Assembly (NCBI GenBank): GCA_040954595.2
Contig: CM082577.2
Span: 20,186,303-20,250,302, forward strand
Direction: 5' to 3'
Origin: Balanoglossus misakiensis
Taxonomy: Eukaryota; Animalia; Hemichordata
Length of the DNA stretch: 64,000 bases
Each line of letters starts with the position of its first letter. Positions within the stretch are counted from its first letter, which is position 1. Positions 50,065 through 64,000 of the stretch are shown in pieces. The notes beneath the pieces are model-generated. The model saw only the letters and a list, made by a program, of their open reading frames with translations. It searched no databases and was not told the DNA's origin. The translations under genes and the position numbers were made by a program.

Positions 50065-50860
50065 GAGTGTAACTATTGTGCGGGTTGCTGCGGGTCACAG
50101 CAGGCCACTACTTTCTGACCAGTTTTCAGGTTGCGGGCCAGTGCAGGTCAATGCGGGCCACTTTTAAGTCTTCGAATTTCACAAAGCTCGAGGGATAACA
50201 CATTATGAAAATCAAATCCATATGTCAACAAAATGTGGAAAAATCAACTAGGCTTTGTAGGGAAACAGTATATATTTTTAAATGGATGGTAGCTTAGCGG
50301 AAAAACAATACAAGTTATAGACTACTTCTATGATAACTAAAATTCATTACCGATTTCCGTTTTGCCACTATACGTTCACTGGTGCAACACTTCTGTGACA
50401 ATCGTGGCAGCCTGGAGAGTATAATAAATACCACATATTTCATGGGGTTAGGTTGAGTGCGTGACACGCAGCTCGAGTCATAGATGCAATCACGACAATC
50501 TTTTACTATACAAATCATTACACTTTGCATATGAACAACGATACTAAGGAATAAGATCGCTCGATCGGACATCTTGACCGGATGGCGGGAAAGCAAGGCG
50601 TCACTGGTGGCACACTTCACGACCCGCTCGGCCAGCATCTTCGGTCGATTCCATTGTAATATGTAATTATTGACAAAGGTGTCTTTTTCGTGGTATTCAC
50701 GAAAGTTATTATGGTCTTAAAGGAACTGGGGTTATATTTTAGGTTCATTTTATTTCAAGAAACAATTGCACATATACAGAAGTCACATTTCTATCGTTTT
50801 TTGGGCGACCAGCAAATTGGCCCGCACTTTGACCCGTTGACCCGCAAAATAACGATACTG
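50065..50860. mobile_element. MULE/MuDR-like MITE, 9-bp TSD
   Basis: GTGTGGGAT|GAGTGTAACTATTGTGCGGGT...ACCCGCAAAATAACGATACTG|GTGTGGGAT. Imperfect TIR with GCGGGT subrepeats. Confidence 0.7.
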
Positions 50861-52708
50861 GTGTGGGATCAGGGTGTGAGAACAAATCGATCCCACACTC
50901 TCCCTGAATCGAAAGCTGTATATGACGCGAGCTCTGATTGGTTGACAAAGCGTTCTTTTACAAACGCGCACTAAATGTTATCCAATGGCGCGATGTGTAT
51001 TATAGGGACAGAGACTACAATGTGCCCAGACGACAGTTCCAGAGTCATTTATTCAATGTTTTTAACGAATTTGGCTAATTTTTGACCATGTGCAGTATGG
51101 GACAGAAAATCCCCAACTCGTGTGAGAAATATGATCCCAGGTCCTTGGGAGTGTGAGATTCTATTAAGCTCATCTTCAGTCCCCGTTCACAATTGTATTT
51201 GGCACAGTCCTGGCCAACGTCTCGCCAACCTTTGACCTTATAAAGCAGAAATTGTCAAATGATAAACTACACTGTTATGAGACCAGGGTCGGCCACAGAC
51301 AGCCCCTTTTGACTGGGACACAAAATTGTCCGGACAATGGCTGGCCAGACCCGTTCACACCCGTTTTTCTGCTTGGCCACATACATGTACCTGTCTAGGA
51401 CAAGGGCCTAGCCTTTTTGAGCAATGTGAACGACCTAATTGTTGATGTCGATAAGGCCGGTTTGGCACCATGTATCACTCAGCCGAAGTTGATTCAGCCT
51501 TGAATTCTTCTCACATCCTTCACTTGGCAAAGAGCAGATGATTAGAGCTGCCAAGATAATTCTGTGCTATAAAATTAAAACCATTAAGTTCCAAGGTGTT
51601 CAAGACTCACAGAAACTGCTTAGATAAATTACGTTAAGTTGTTATTATTATTATTATTAACTTTATTTCAGGATATATATATACAAGTATTTTACCAATA
51701 CCAATAGCATCCCATAAAAAAACAGACAAACAGACAAAAACCTTAAAAAACGGGGACTGACATAAATATGTGGTGTGATTTTGCTTTGGACACGAGTAAT
51801 AATGGAAAAGTAAAATATGTCCACTATAACATGTGTCTACATAAAATGAACTAATTGTGTGGTAACGCTGATTCCTGCTGTTGTTTGGACCGGTATACTT
51901 TTCAATACACCACTGGCCTATTTATACGTTACAGCAAATGTGATTCATGTACATGAATCCCAGTGTTGTGTCGGAGCCTACTATAATCTGTGGATAAAAC
52001 AAGTATTACATTACAACAAGTTTAACAGTATAAATTCTATGCAATTGATAAACTTGTCTTACAACTACATTGGTCACCACCTCAGTAATCAATGGTAGAC
52101 CATTTTTAGGTCCCATTTAATTTTGGTATGTATACCATGGGACCTTTTGGAATCAGTTGCGTCTGTAATGTTTATATGTCTGTATGTCCGTCCACATCAA
52201 AAACTTGAGAACCGCTGCGCGTATAACCTCGATATACGGTATTTAGTGTGTAGATGCAAGCTGGGCTGTAGATGGGAGTAAATTGTTCAAATGAAGTTGT
52301 CATTGCCTAAAATTCGAGCCCTATATCCTAATTAGCCACTTGTCCAGTTTCTTTGAAAGTAACTTTTTACATGAGGTTGGTAAAATCTCCTACTAAGAAT
52401 TTACAGTATACATGTTAACAAAAATTTAATAGGCCTGCTGTTACAAAGACCACAAGCTTTTCTTTTATTAATGGTCAGTGAGTGTTTGTTTGTCTTTCCC
52501 AGGGCTGATTAAAAGATGTTGCTTGTCATATGTGTTTGTACATACAATTTCTAGACAAATATCTATTAGCACTTCCTTAGCTTTTTGCATTGGAGTACAC
52601 CCTATTTTCAGTTTGGTCCACAAAATATTTGGTGGTCCACACAGACCACTACATTAAAAATTCGATTATTATGCTACGTGTGTATTTGACATATCTTTCG
52701 CACTGCAG

Positions 52709-52914
52709 GTTCAGCTACCAGAGACACAGATCAGACAACTTTGCCAGAAATCCAGACAGCTGTTCCTCGACCAACCTATGCTGGTAGAATTGGAATCCCC
52801 AGTTAATATTGTTGGTGATATCCATGGCCAGTATGATGATCTTTTAAGGCACTTTGTACAATGTGGATATCCTCCCCAGGAAAATTACCTCCTGCTTGGA
52901 GATTATGTGGACAG
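52709..52914 (+). CDS. PPP1C: PP1-like phosphatase, exon 2
   Basis: Acceptor CTGCAG|. Contains the PPP signatures GDIHGQ and GDYVDR. Donor AG|GTTAGT. Confidence 0.95.
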
Positions 52915-52960
52915 GTTAGTCAAGCTTCTACTTTAATCCTAATGCTACCGAGTCAGTTAA

Positions 52961-54780
52961 AGGCGGAACGCTCAGTAGGGCCCTACCGAGGAAAAATCAA
53001 TAAAATGTGGGCGTGGCTAAAGCTCTGATGCCACTATATTGTTACAACAATTGACCTCTCACCTCCGAAATGGAACACGCACTCAAAATGTAAACATTTG
53101 CACGTGTTTACTTTTCATACACGATACAGTACTTCCAACCATTTTTCCCACATTTTAGTTTTGAATACAGACGTTTTTCGAACTCGTACTAGCCCAGCTT
53201 CCTTTTCACATTTCTTTGTCTCATGCATTCACTGCTGTCGGACGGGTAGGTCCCCCTGCGGCGATTCACTTGGCTCCGATCGCGAGTTGAATCTCTGATG
53301 GGTCGAGTAGGTGGACCAGCTGGACACTGTTGATTATTTGCTTCAACGGCCTCAGTTTGCATCATGATTTGCAGACTTTTGTTGTTATATGATTATAATT
53401 TCTTATTATTAGAACGGAACTTTTGATATTGTGATGACCTGCATGCGATAAATTTACTACCAAATATTGGCGCAAAAGTGTGAGTAGAATTGCAACATTT
53501 TAACAAAACTTCGTACGGGTTCATTTAACCATGCATGGTAGGTGAAAAGAATTTTTTTCTGCCGATTTTTAAATCATAACATTAAAATACAACTGAGAAA
53601 AACCGCGTTCTGCCAATTAATACGATAAGTTTTCCAATATTAAATCACTAAAAACTTGTCGAAATTACGACTTTGTAAATTCTCAAAGCATACGTTTCAC
53701 TGTTCTTCCCTCCCTAAAATGGTGAATTCTTATATTTCGCTACTTCGAATTCAAATGGGGATCCCACGCCCGCCAAAAGCAAACACATTTCTATACCCAC
53801 GCGATCCAGCTAGTTCTTACGTACCCGCGGAACGTGTTGTCAACTGAATCTATCATGTCGACACGAATTATCAAGATAGCGGTCACTGAAGAGCAGGAGA
53901 AAGCACTGGCAATTTTCTCTGCCGAGCTTTCGGTCATCGACCGGCGGGGGCACATATTAAAGTTCACCTGCTGCGACTGCGGGGGTTAGTACCGTGCGTG
54001 GTATCGGCTACCGGCGAGTTTGATGCGGGGGACACTGCCGGTTTATCGGAAGCAGCAGCCGTCGAAGTAAACACCGTGTCCATGAGCACATCGGCTTCCG
54101 GAGATTCGGACAACTGTGAATTTTGTTTTTGTTCGCAATGTGTTACCACACATAGGCAGCCTTGGCTAGTCCATGGTCTCTACCCGAATTTACCCGCTGT
54201 GTCTTACGTTGGGCATAAATGGCACTGATGAGGCTTTCCCCTCTTCACTTTGTACGGTTGGTACACAAATACAAACGGTCCTTTTCAGGACCAACACAAT
54301 TTCCAAGAAGAGAACTACCGAATTTATGGATATGTGCATGTTCATGTGTGATAAATTTGGTATGATCATATCCCTATTTTCAGGTCACGCACACTTTGCA
54401 ATCAACGCCACAATGTATCAATGGTGCAATTTTGATTTGCATAATACGTCAATCACGCAAATTCAAACTGAAAATCGTACCGATATACCGGTCATATCTC
54501 AGGGACAAAATGATTTCATCTTCGGTTTTCGAAAGTATTTTCAAATTGTATTGCACCAGAAACCGCGGATGTCGTGCTCATGCACTCTTTTTTGAATTTA
54601 GAGACGAAAACAAATCATCGGTAGACCTAAATTTACTGTCTATTATGGACAACGTCCGTTCTGTACTTATGATTATGCCAACTCTCGCATGCTCTCGCGC
54701 TTTTATTAGGGGGGTCACAGGAAAAAGAAGGGAAAGAAGTATAACACATATTTTCTGTCAGTTATACGGGCGTTCCGCCT
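52961..54780. mobile_element. TTAA-flanked Kolobok-like element with a decayed coding remnant
   Basis: TTAA|AGGCGGAACGC...GCGTTCCGCCT|TTAA. Internal remnant MSTRIIKIAVTEEQEKAL...CEFCFCSQCVTTHRQPWL at about 53855-54175. Confidence 0.7.
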
Positions 54781-55717
54781 TTAAAACTGGTTTGATTTCC
54801 AGGGTGCCTAGAATCCTGGCTCGCAGGCCTGTTAGGCTGCCAAGAGTGTGTTATTCAGTAGGGCCTATAGAAGACCCTCAGACCAATACAGTGCAAACCA
54901 GTGCGATTTGGTACATTTTACAGGGGGCTCAGACTGCCAAGTGTGTCTACCTGTAAGTACGTATGAGAGCCATGTCAAGACAGTCAAAGTATGTTTTAGA
55001 AGAAAAAGTAGCAAATACGTATGACACTAAACAGGTATGACACCCAGGGTTAAATTGTGCCCTGCCAAATTATATAATATGTAAAACAAATACAGGCTGA
55101 TGACAAGATTTTTACATGGTTGTAGATGAGACTTCCTCTAGTCACCATGTACACTAATTGCTGTGCCCTGGATAGACTCCTAGACATACATGACTATACC
55201 GAGTAGCTTTTGACACCAAAGAAGTTACCCTGATATTGATAAGTATCTGACACTTGATTTAAATAAGTTAAAACTATTCACAGATGATGATACTGGAATC
55301 AAATTCGACTTTGATCTGCAGAAAATGACTAACACTGTGTATACTCAAGCAGCCATGCTCACACATGACAAGTACAAATGCTAAAATACAGGAGTTTCAA
55401 ACAATCACAAAATAATCTGTGCTCATTGAATGTAATTCAAACTTTCTACAAACATTCATCATTATATGATCTGTCATTTCATGAAGATTTTTTGTAAATT
55501 AATTTCTACTCATTAACAATGTTAATATAATATTATTGCTCAAAACATTTTGTTTCTTACAATAGCACTGCAGAGTGATTCGGTGTTATATAATATTATG
55601 AACAAAATTTCTTCATATTCTAATACTTGTATTGTTCACAAATTATTTATTTCTTCAAATTATGACAGTATGGTGACTCAGCATATACCTTATTTCCCTG
55701 TGATAAAGCCATCCTAA

Positions 55718-55927
<210 letters not shown>

Positions 55928-56549
55928 TAAGGGAATTTAAGCAATAACCCCTGTTGAAGGCAGGTATAAGCGAGATTTGGTTACAATTCACAACACATAA
56001 CATGAGCCGCTGGGCAAGTGCTATATGGAGCGAATTGTACCCAAATGGAGTGTATACGCGACTGTGGCGGGGGTTATTGCTATTATATTATATCAAAACA
56101 TTGATTTTGTGGAACATCAATGTCATTTTCTTAATGAAACAGCATCAGAAAAAGAAGTTACGAAATTAACCAAACTCATGTTGATGAATGTAATTTACCA
56201 GTGCCTGGGGCCAAGCATTTAACATGAAGCAGATGACAAAAAGTGACAAGACAGGCATCGGGCATGGCAAAGTGTCAAATATTCTCACAGAGCAGTGCCA
56301 AAATAAACATTGGTGAATTCAACTGTGTTTTTGCTCTGTTAATTTGGTTTAACCACAGTCCTTCATGAAAGACGGTCAGGAATCGCCTATTGTTTGGACG
56401 TGTGAACAGGAGGATTAGCTGTAGGATGCGCATTATGGTCACGTGACCATCTTATAGTTGCGCTTTTTCCTTGGAAGCAAGCGACAGTTGCTCTACTATC
56501 TATGATGATTTTCTCGATATGTTAGTTATGTTTCAAGTATATTCCAATT

Positions 56550-56990
56550 TAGTCTAGAATCTCTCCGTTCGTAGTCGCATTCACCCTACTACCGTCTAGG
56601 AACGCATAACCAAAATCTAGTAAGGCCATAAAAATGGTAATTTGAATGTGAATAGTCTCCAACTGAGCAGTCTGACGTCAGAGAAGTCAATCACTTACGT
56701 TGACCGACTACTGATTGGCCGTTGATGGCATGGGTGTTTCTTCATTATTATTCATATATGCCCAATTATGGCACATGTTGCGGATGCATTGACAATCGCG
56801 GGAAATTCGCATGTAGCTCCGCCCCGAATGATACATAATCATGATCACGTGGTGACGCTTGACGTCAGATTGCTCAGTTGGAGACTATTCACATTCAAAT
56901 TACCATTTTTATGGCCTTACTAGATTTTGGTTATGCGTTCCTAGACGGTAGTAGGGTGAATGCGACTACGAACGGATAGATTCTAGACTA
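56550..56990. mobile_element. TAG...CTA MITE with ~130-bp TIRs, 9-bp TSD (second copy)
   Basis: ATTCCAATT|TAGTCTAGAATC...GATTCTAGACTA|ATTCCAATT. Reverse orientation relative to 35979-36419. Confidence 0.9.
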
Positions 56991-58976
56991 ATTCCAATTC
57001 AGTACATTAAATTCATTCGACATGTTTTTAAATACAATTTACAAGGGAAGTCCACATTTTGTGTATAAATCGCCTCTTGTAGCACTCACGGGCATTGTAA
57101 TTTTCAACTGTGGATTGTGGGCATACACATTTTGTGGGCGTTTCTGGGACCGCTTTAATTGTACCCTTTTTTCGATGTGTTTTTTTTTCTCGATAACTGT
57201 TACCAAAAGCTATGTATGTTAATATATAAGGTGTTAGGCAACTATATCGAAAATTAACGTTCTATTATACTTGTGCAGAAATCAGTCATTTGCATCGTTG
57301 TTTGATTTCACCCTGAAACAAATGGTGGCCTAATGTAAATATTAGGTGGCTTCAAAATGAAATGGGTGATTTTTCATTCTGTTGATCATAATAAGTCTTG
57401 TATTGGTTTTGGGGATCTTTAGTACTAAATTCTTGAGCTATCAGGACATGACGGGTGACATATAAATGTTCAACTTTTATAAAAAATGCAAAACCATTTT
57501 TGAGCGAGCGAACGCTTTCCAAGATGGCAGTGTGATCAGGTGTGTGCATACTGCTTCGAGTGTGTCACGTTTACCCTTCAAAAATGCGTTTTTCAAATTC
57601 GATAGCCATTGTCAATCTTCTACTGAAGTTGTATCGTATAAACACCATGCGTTGTTTACTATAATTTTGCCAAAGTGGTTAATGTTACCGAGAAAATTGT
57701 ATGAAAATTCCATGTTGCTTTTTGAGCTGCACAGTGATCGCCGTCGACCAGAAAGGAAGCCCTACAAATGCACTGTCTTCGATCACTCACTCAACGACCT
57801 GGGTCACTTAATTCCAGTACGTGTTCCTGGGTCGCGTTCTGATCGACAAGGTTAGGGTTAGAATAAGAGTCACAAATCGACATGTTGGTGGAGGGACTGT
57901 ATCTTAAACGACATTTCTACAACAATAACAACAACAGTTCCACACATGTGCTAAATAAATTATGATGCATTCTGGGGAAAATGACATCACAGCATATGCT
58001 AATCTGATGCAAATGACTTCAAAGTCTCATCCTAACTTCGGTCATGCTTCCGATCAGGGGAGTTAATTGGATTAAGCGAATAAACATCCAATAAACATTT
58101 CAGCAAACCATAATGAGCACCCAAATTGAGGGACTGTGCGCTGACCTATGTGCACATGGCACGTACCCAATCTACTATTGTCATTTTCATGACATTTTAC
58201 ACATAGCTCAGTCCAGGAAATATAAATTCATTGGACAAATAAAATCGTGTGGTCACCATGCTCTATTTTGAGATAAATTTCGTTAAAATATTTGCCCATA
58301 GACAAACCATTGGTGGAAAATGCTGAGTCAGCAGTTTTCTTCTATTATCGCCTAAATTCATGTAGACTAATGGCTTTGTTACAGTTTGTATTTCGAAAAC
58401 AAGCACGGTGACCCCTATATTTTAGCATGGATTTTCATTATACATACACCGGATAATCCAAAAATCAACAATTAAAAGAAATGACAATACTTTCAATTTT
58501 ACTGAACGTACATCCAAATGAATTTTTACATGCGTTTATAAACCTTCATTATTTATTTCGTGATGTATGAATAGAATGCTAGAAATGTACAGTACACCGA
58601 TTGACCGTGATCAGCGGATCCGTTGTTAACGCCATTGCTCAGCTCCGTTTCGATCTCCGTGTCCTCGTCTGAGTTTTTCACATCTAAAGTATTTGTTGAC
58701 GTCTTCAAATTCACTGGCATTGACAAAACTATAAAATAATTAGAATAATGTACGCCCCAAAGACCCATGATGGACTCAAGCACACATTGCGCTCCTTAAT
58801 GTATTCGGCTTCGCCTCGTACATTATGACGCACAATGTGTGCTTTCGTCCATTTTGGGTCTTCTGGGCGTACATTATTCTCTAAATACTCGTGCATCACA
58901 AATTGTCTTGAGCATTATTGTTTAAGTTGGTTGCCATGATTTATCAGATATAAAGATAACAGAACAAGACTTGTAG

Positions 58977-59126
<150 letters not shown>

Positions 59127-60093
59127 TGAATTTTACAACAGTTTTTGTGTTGGTGCTGTCTGTGTTTACCGTTCCTTTGGTATGCCTTCTGTCAATTCCA
59201 AGGTAAACCCATGCAGGACATATCCACAAGTGGGACAATCCATACACCATTCAAAGATATTCAGTGTGCACTGTCTTGTCTTTGTGTTTTCTTTGTATTG
59301 TTCAATGCATATTCGTCAGATGAGTTCTTTCACCAGTAGACTTACAGACTCTTGTCATTGACTTGTTTATGTGAACAATACCAGTACATTCTATTATTAT
59401 ACATCTGGCACCAAAACAATAGAATTTGGCGTGCACTAAAAAGGCATACTGAACAGGCGGTACACAATGCCCGTTCAAATACATCAACAGTTTCAAGGCG
59501 CCAAAACTCACCCTGTATAGGTATGCACTGTTAATGTGGACGGTCTCAAGACCCCCCTCCAATGTAAACAAAAAAGTAAGATATATGCTCACTTTGTACT
59601 GTGTTTCAGCATAGAGCTGGAGCGAAAGGTCTATGGTTTTAGCTGGGCAGTTACGATAGATCATACCAGCGTTTTGAAAGCCAAGTAATATGAAACGCTA
59701 AAGCTTACGAAGATATAAGATGTATAATAATAAGGTTATTACAAAAATACCGCACAGATGCACGGACATAAGCTCAGCGAACCGCCCTCAGCTATGCGTC
59801 GGGAGATACGTGGTGCTCATGTCCTCGTGCATACTTTGCGGTATTTTTCGTAATAACCTCAAAGTATGGTAGGCTGTTCATGGTCTCTTCAGCGTTGGCA
59901 TTTATTCCTACCAGTTCACAGTGTCATCCATCGTAATGCATTTAATGTCATTTAATCATCTCATTAATTTTAGAAACATCAGGTATCATAGAAAAATATC
60001 CTTACAATTCTAATGAATATCAATCAAGATTTTGCTTTGATATTATATCTCACAATCTTCATTGTATTGTTTGACATTCTGTCCCTTTTTCAG

Positions 60094-60242
60094 CGGCCCT
60101 TGTTGAAAATACAATTTTCTGCATGCACGGAGGACTATCACCAGATCTACAGGACCTAGATCAGATAAGAGAAATTGATCGTCCATTGGATGTGCCTGAC
60201 TCTGGTCTTGTATGTGATCTGTTATGGTCAGATCCTGATGAG
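60094..60242 (+). CDS. PPP1C: PP1-like phosphatase, exon 5 (gene continues beyond the window)
   Basis: Acceptor TTTTTCAG|. Encodes [18 protein letters not shown]...[21 protein letters not shown]. Donor GAG|GTAATT. The expected GWGENDRG and RAHQ exons were not found before 64000. Confidence 0.95.
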
Positions 60243-61389
60243 GTAATTCACTTTCAAGTTTAAACCACAGAATGATTAGCCTTTCTGGTATTTGATCCTG
60301 GAGTGTGAGATTGTCAATGTGGGATAAATTGTTTCATTAGACCTCACGTATTATGTTGTTTTTGTAATTGGCCAAGACGCATTCACATGATATAGAAGAG
60401 AAAGTGATATAAGATGGCTAGAGAGACTCTTGCCTTGTTGATATTGGCCACTGCGCTTGTTTTGACAATCGGTGCATCATTTCTGCGCATAACAAATCAT
60501 TCACTGCACTAGCTATGTCAACCATCAGTCTGCTCCAGCATCTATGGCTTTGAAGTGACATGCTGACTTAACCTGTTCAGTTGGACGATATTACTGCAAG
60601 TAGATAGTAAACACACCAGAATTGCAACCAACAGCTTGGTATAATTTTCTATAGTTCGAAATTAGTAGAGTTAACATGTGTTTTGGAGCATGAAGGAAAG
60701 TGTATGGCCCAGCGATGAGTCATCGTGATTGAATGGCTCAAAGACAGTGAGGTCAAATCTAGTTGCCTGGTTTTAATCGTTGATGAATCACCTGATGTAG
60801 TAAATATTGAAACCCCATGAGCTGCAACTGGATAAACAATTTCAGCTTTAAATAAATTCAGATATGCTTTTGATTATGTCTATTAAATGATACTGTATGA
60901 TAGTATATCAAGGTCAACACGTATTTATGACAAAATAGCCACGAGATCGTAACTGTGCAATTGACTACTCACTTTTTGTTGCTCATGTCTGTAAAAACAC
61001 GAGTTGATCAGTATAAATATTGTATGACTACCGAGGCGATGTCCATGATATCAACTGAAGACGATATTTGACATACACAACGAGTGAGTGGTGTAAGCCC
61101 CTCATCAGCAAAACATCCCTTCACCAACAATACAGTGGTCGAAAATCTTTTGTGTTGACCCAAAGCGGTTGATATCAGCCTAACTTTACAAATGGTTTGG
61201 TCCCACTTATAGAAGTATTGATTATTCAAGGTTTTGCACCTGGGATGAATAGTTTACCGAACTCAACCAATTACTGCTGAGTAATCAGTTCACGTGCAAT
61301 GTTCCTTGCGATTTTATTGGCTGTGCATATTTTACACGTTGGTCAACATGTCATAGTGGCAACATGGTGAAATAAAGTGTATCCAGATT

Positions 61390-62239
61390 GTTCTGATATC
61401 TCTGATGAAGAGTTACTGGAAGCCTCACACGCAGCAGAATATTTGAACGAGCTTGGCTACTAGGTGACCATTCCCCGAAAGTTCTTGTTCGCACAATGGT
61501 ATTCTTGAATGGTAAAACTTTGCCCTCAGGAGTGGAGAGGAACACTGTGCACTTCGCTTTGACCCGCCCCAGATTACTTTGCATGAACATTATGGCGACA
61601 ATCCGTATCTGCTATACGTTGAAGATGTGTCAAAGAGCAACCAAGGTGGACTGAAATACATGAAAGTGTGTCGCAAGGAAGTGAAATTTTTTGCAAATAC
61701 TGATAATCCAGCGAGATGTCATGTCCTGATATATAAAAAATATGTTTGGCTGTGCCCACAAGATGGGAAAAGGATGGATTCTACTTGCAACCCCTACGAA
61801 AATACGAAGAATCATCAAGCCTCTATCAACACGGAGTTGATGAACAATCGATTATGGAACGCACGGGACGTAGTTCAGTGGAAGACAAGTATCTCCTAAA
61901 TTTATTTAAAACATTTTTCGTGAATATATGGACGTTACGTCCTCTCAATCGGAAGCGCCAATTGCAAAATATGTAAATTCGGTAGTGAGAAGCGATTGAA
62001 GACCGATTAAAAAAGTTGCACTTGCTCATTATTGTTGAACTGTTTACTTTTCCAGTAGTTCGTAATTAAGCCAAGAACAGAAGAGATTGAGTGACATCTT
62101 AAATTGTCCAGCTGCAGCCGGAAGCAAAGATTCAACACCAGTTAAAACTGAAAATAGTGACATCAAAGACCGTGAAAATTCCAGCAATGTGAAATCTAGT
62201 GCGATTTACAACAATTGTATTTTCAATATTCATATATAG
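61390..62239 (+). pseudogene. Crypton-type tyrosine recombinase (DUF3504-like) remnant
   Basis: Across frameshifts: LLGDHSPKVLVRTMVFLNGK / NFALRSGEEH...YVEDVSKSNQGGL...NPARCHV...YKKY...CP / FYLQPL / LYQHGVDEQSIMERTG, and C-terminal YNNCIFNIHI*. The HxxR box is deleted. Confidence 0.8.
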
Positions 62240-62294
62240 AAATTTGAATAAAGGTGTATAAACAGATGTCTAAATGTTACATTTTCTTTTTGTA

Positions 62295-63030
62295 CAGTAG
62301 AACGTCAATTATCCGAACACTTAGGGGGACATGATATTTGTTCGTATATGCGATCTTAGGGGGTCTGGGTAAATTGCCGGTCACACAAAATTGCACACGC
62401 ATACATTCAGATATCATACACAAACAAATAACACAAAAACCCATCTGTCATATTCATTGCTTTATTTTTTCAGCAAATTTGAATATATTACAAAAAATAT
62501 GGAAATTAAATATTGTGATACACTGTAAACACTAGTCTACTGATCATGACATGATATTTAACAGATCAAAATAAATATCAAGTTCGTGATCTTAACAAAA
62601 ATACAAATGCACTAAGTTTTCAATCAATGAAAATGCAACTGGGCTGCTTTTCAAATCACTGTCTGGATCAACTCCGTTGAGCATCTAACCAAAGCAAACA
62701 ATGCAAAAACATATTGGCAGCTTCACTGATGCTTGGAGATGATACGGCGGGTACGTTGTCCTCTTTGTCTTCGTCGTCTTCTGGCAAATCAAAATCTTTT
62801 GTTGATGACTGTGGTGACTGCAAAATTTCTTTGTCGTTGAGTATGTGACAGCCGGGATCACCTTCAATGTTCAACCACTCAGACACCTGGTTGCGATCTC
62901 ACTCTGTTAGGGAACTGATGACTTTCTCTACGACGGTATCTGGTTCGGTGTTCGCGACTTTGATACTGGTATATTTGTGTTATTGGGGAAATTTGTGCAA
63001 TTTTTCATCAACAATTATTTTCTTTCAAAC
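62295..63030 (-). mobile_element. pogo/Tigger transposon 3' remnant
   Basis: TA|CAGTAGAACGTCAATTATCCGAAC terminus. Minus-strand peptide VSEWLNIEGDPGCHILNDKEI...acidic...PSISEAANMFLHCLLWLDAQ resembles Tigger/jerky C-termini. Confidence 0.65.
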
Positions 63031-63340
63031 TGCACTGATGTCAGATTGCTTTGAGCTTTGGTAGGCATGTTCCTTGTGGTGATTGAAGTAAGAAAGTGTA
63101 CAATTTTGGTGATGTTTGCATATTTGTGTTTTTGCCACATTTGAACAAATATTGATTTCTCTGAAACTGTTTGCTTTGAAAATAGGTACGAATATTCCTC
63201 TGGGTAACCCAAGTTTTTGTCTGATTGTGTTGGAATTTGGAATGCAAGTTCATAAGACATGTATGTGCAACTTTTATGAAATTCTGATGTTAGAAATGTT
63301 CAATATTTAGCAAGTATTTTTGTGATTATCTTTGATTTCC

Positions 63341-63504
63341 GACTTAGCTAGCTCGTGATGGCAACAATTTCCCAACAACTACTAGCATCAGTAAAGTCAT
63401 TGACTGGCGGGCTCAGGTTTGATCTACGTAAATTTCGGGCAGCGGAACCCCTCTCAAGTTGGGTAGTTATTGGGAAATTGTTGCCATCACGAGCTAGCTA
63501 AGTC
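63341..63504. repeat. Inverted repeat with ~42-bp arms and Academ-like inner ends
   Basis: GACTTAGC-TAGCTCGTGATGGCAACAATTTCCCAA...TTGGGAAATTGTTGCCATCACGAGCTA-GCTAAGTC. No direct TSD. Confidence 0.65.
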
Positions 63505-64000
63505 AGCTGCGTGTTACGGCTGTGTTGCTATCGGGCTATGCAGTTGAAGGCACAGTCAGTATAAGTAACACAAAGTCCTAAATCAAGCGTCGAAGCTGTC
63601 AGAGCAACCGGCCTCTCGCTGTCCTCTACACTTACAGTCACCCTTCCTCTATTGCCCACATTTTCCCTCAGTGTGTCACCCCTCCTATTAACCCCATCAC
63701 GCTCACTCATTACACACACTACCAGTCTTCCCATCCATACTGACATCTTCCCCCACATCGACATGGGTCAGAGCACAGTGCCCTTTGCGCAATCTTTATT
63801 TAACTAGCACTCCTGAGTGTGGGGTCAAATTGATCCCACAAAACTTTTAGTTTTGGAGGGTTGCAAATGAGCACAGTCAACTTGCCCTGCTAGCTGAATA
63901 TATATGTAACCAATGGATGACCATTGAACAAGTAAACATAAGTTGTGGTTTATTCTGTGATACCAATTCATCTAGCTAGTCTTGCAGAGACTAACCAACC

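Noticed and set aside
54173-54956. 140-aa and 186-aa ORFs in the phosphatase intron
   Set aside because: No motifs, and the longer one runs across the element boundary, so they are most likely chance frames.
57845-57865. GGTTAGGGTTAG telomere-like motif (similar at about 21872)
   Set aside because: Only about two units; too short to call an interstitial telomere, and such motifs are common inside MITEs.

Overview
Eukaryotic, AT-rich, repeat-dense animal DNA with spliceosomal GT-AG introns. The repeat families look like those of a marine invertebrate, possibly a hemichordate (inference). Three host genes can be assembled exon by exon: a Josephin-domain deubiquitinase (+, CDS 23686-28004, 3 coding exons), an ADF/cofilin (-, 47983-39729, 3 exons), and a divergent PP1-type Ser/Thr phosphatase (+, starts at 48994, 5 exons seen, continues past the window). 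The phosphatase is head-to-head with cofilin across about 1 kb. Most of the rest is transposon-derived: (1) a decayed two-ORF APE/RT LINE whose ORF1 carries a 2A-like NPGP motif; (2) an Academ(H)-like element with a RecQ-type helicase remnant, plus hairpin elements of 50-440 bp sharing TAG...CTA ends and mostly 9-bp target duplications, two of them stacked at the same target; (3) Helentron/DINE-like elements, including a four-deep Russian-doll nest and copies carrying a ~239-bp satellite; (4) TTAA-flanked Kolobok-like MITEs, three of them chained; (5) Crypton and pogo/Tigger coding remnants; (6) Harbinger, hAT, MULE, P-like and Tc1/mariner MITEs. I saw no rRNA, tRNA or CRISPR array. Coordinates were read by eye. 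Superfamily names come from terminus/TSD rules and protein motifs, not from database searches.
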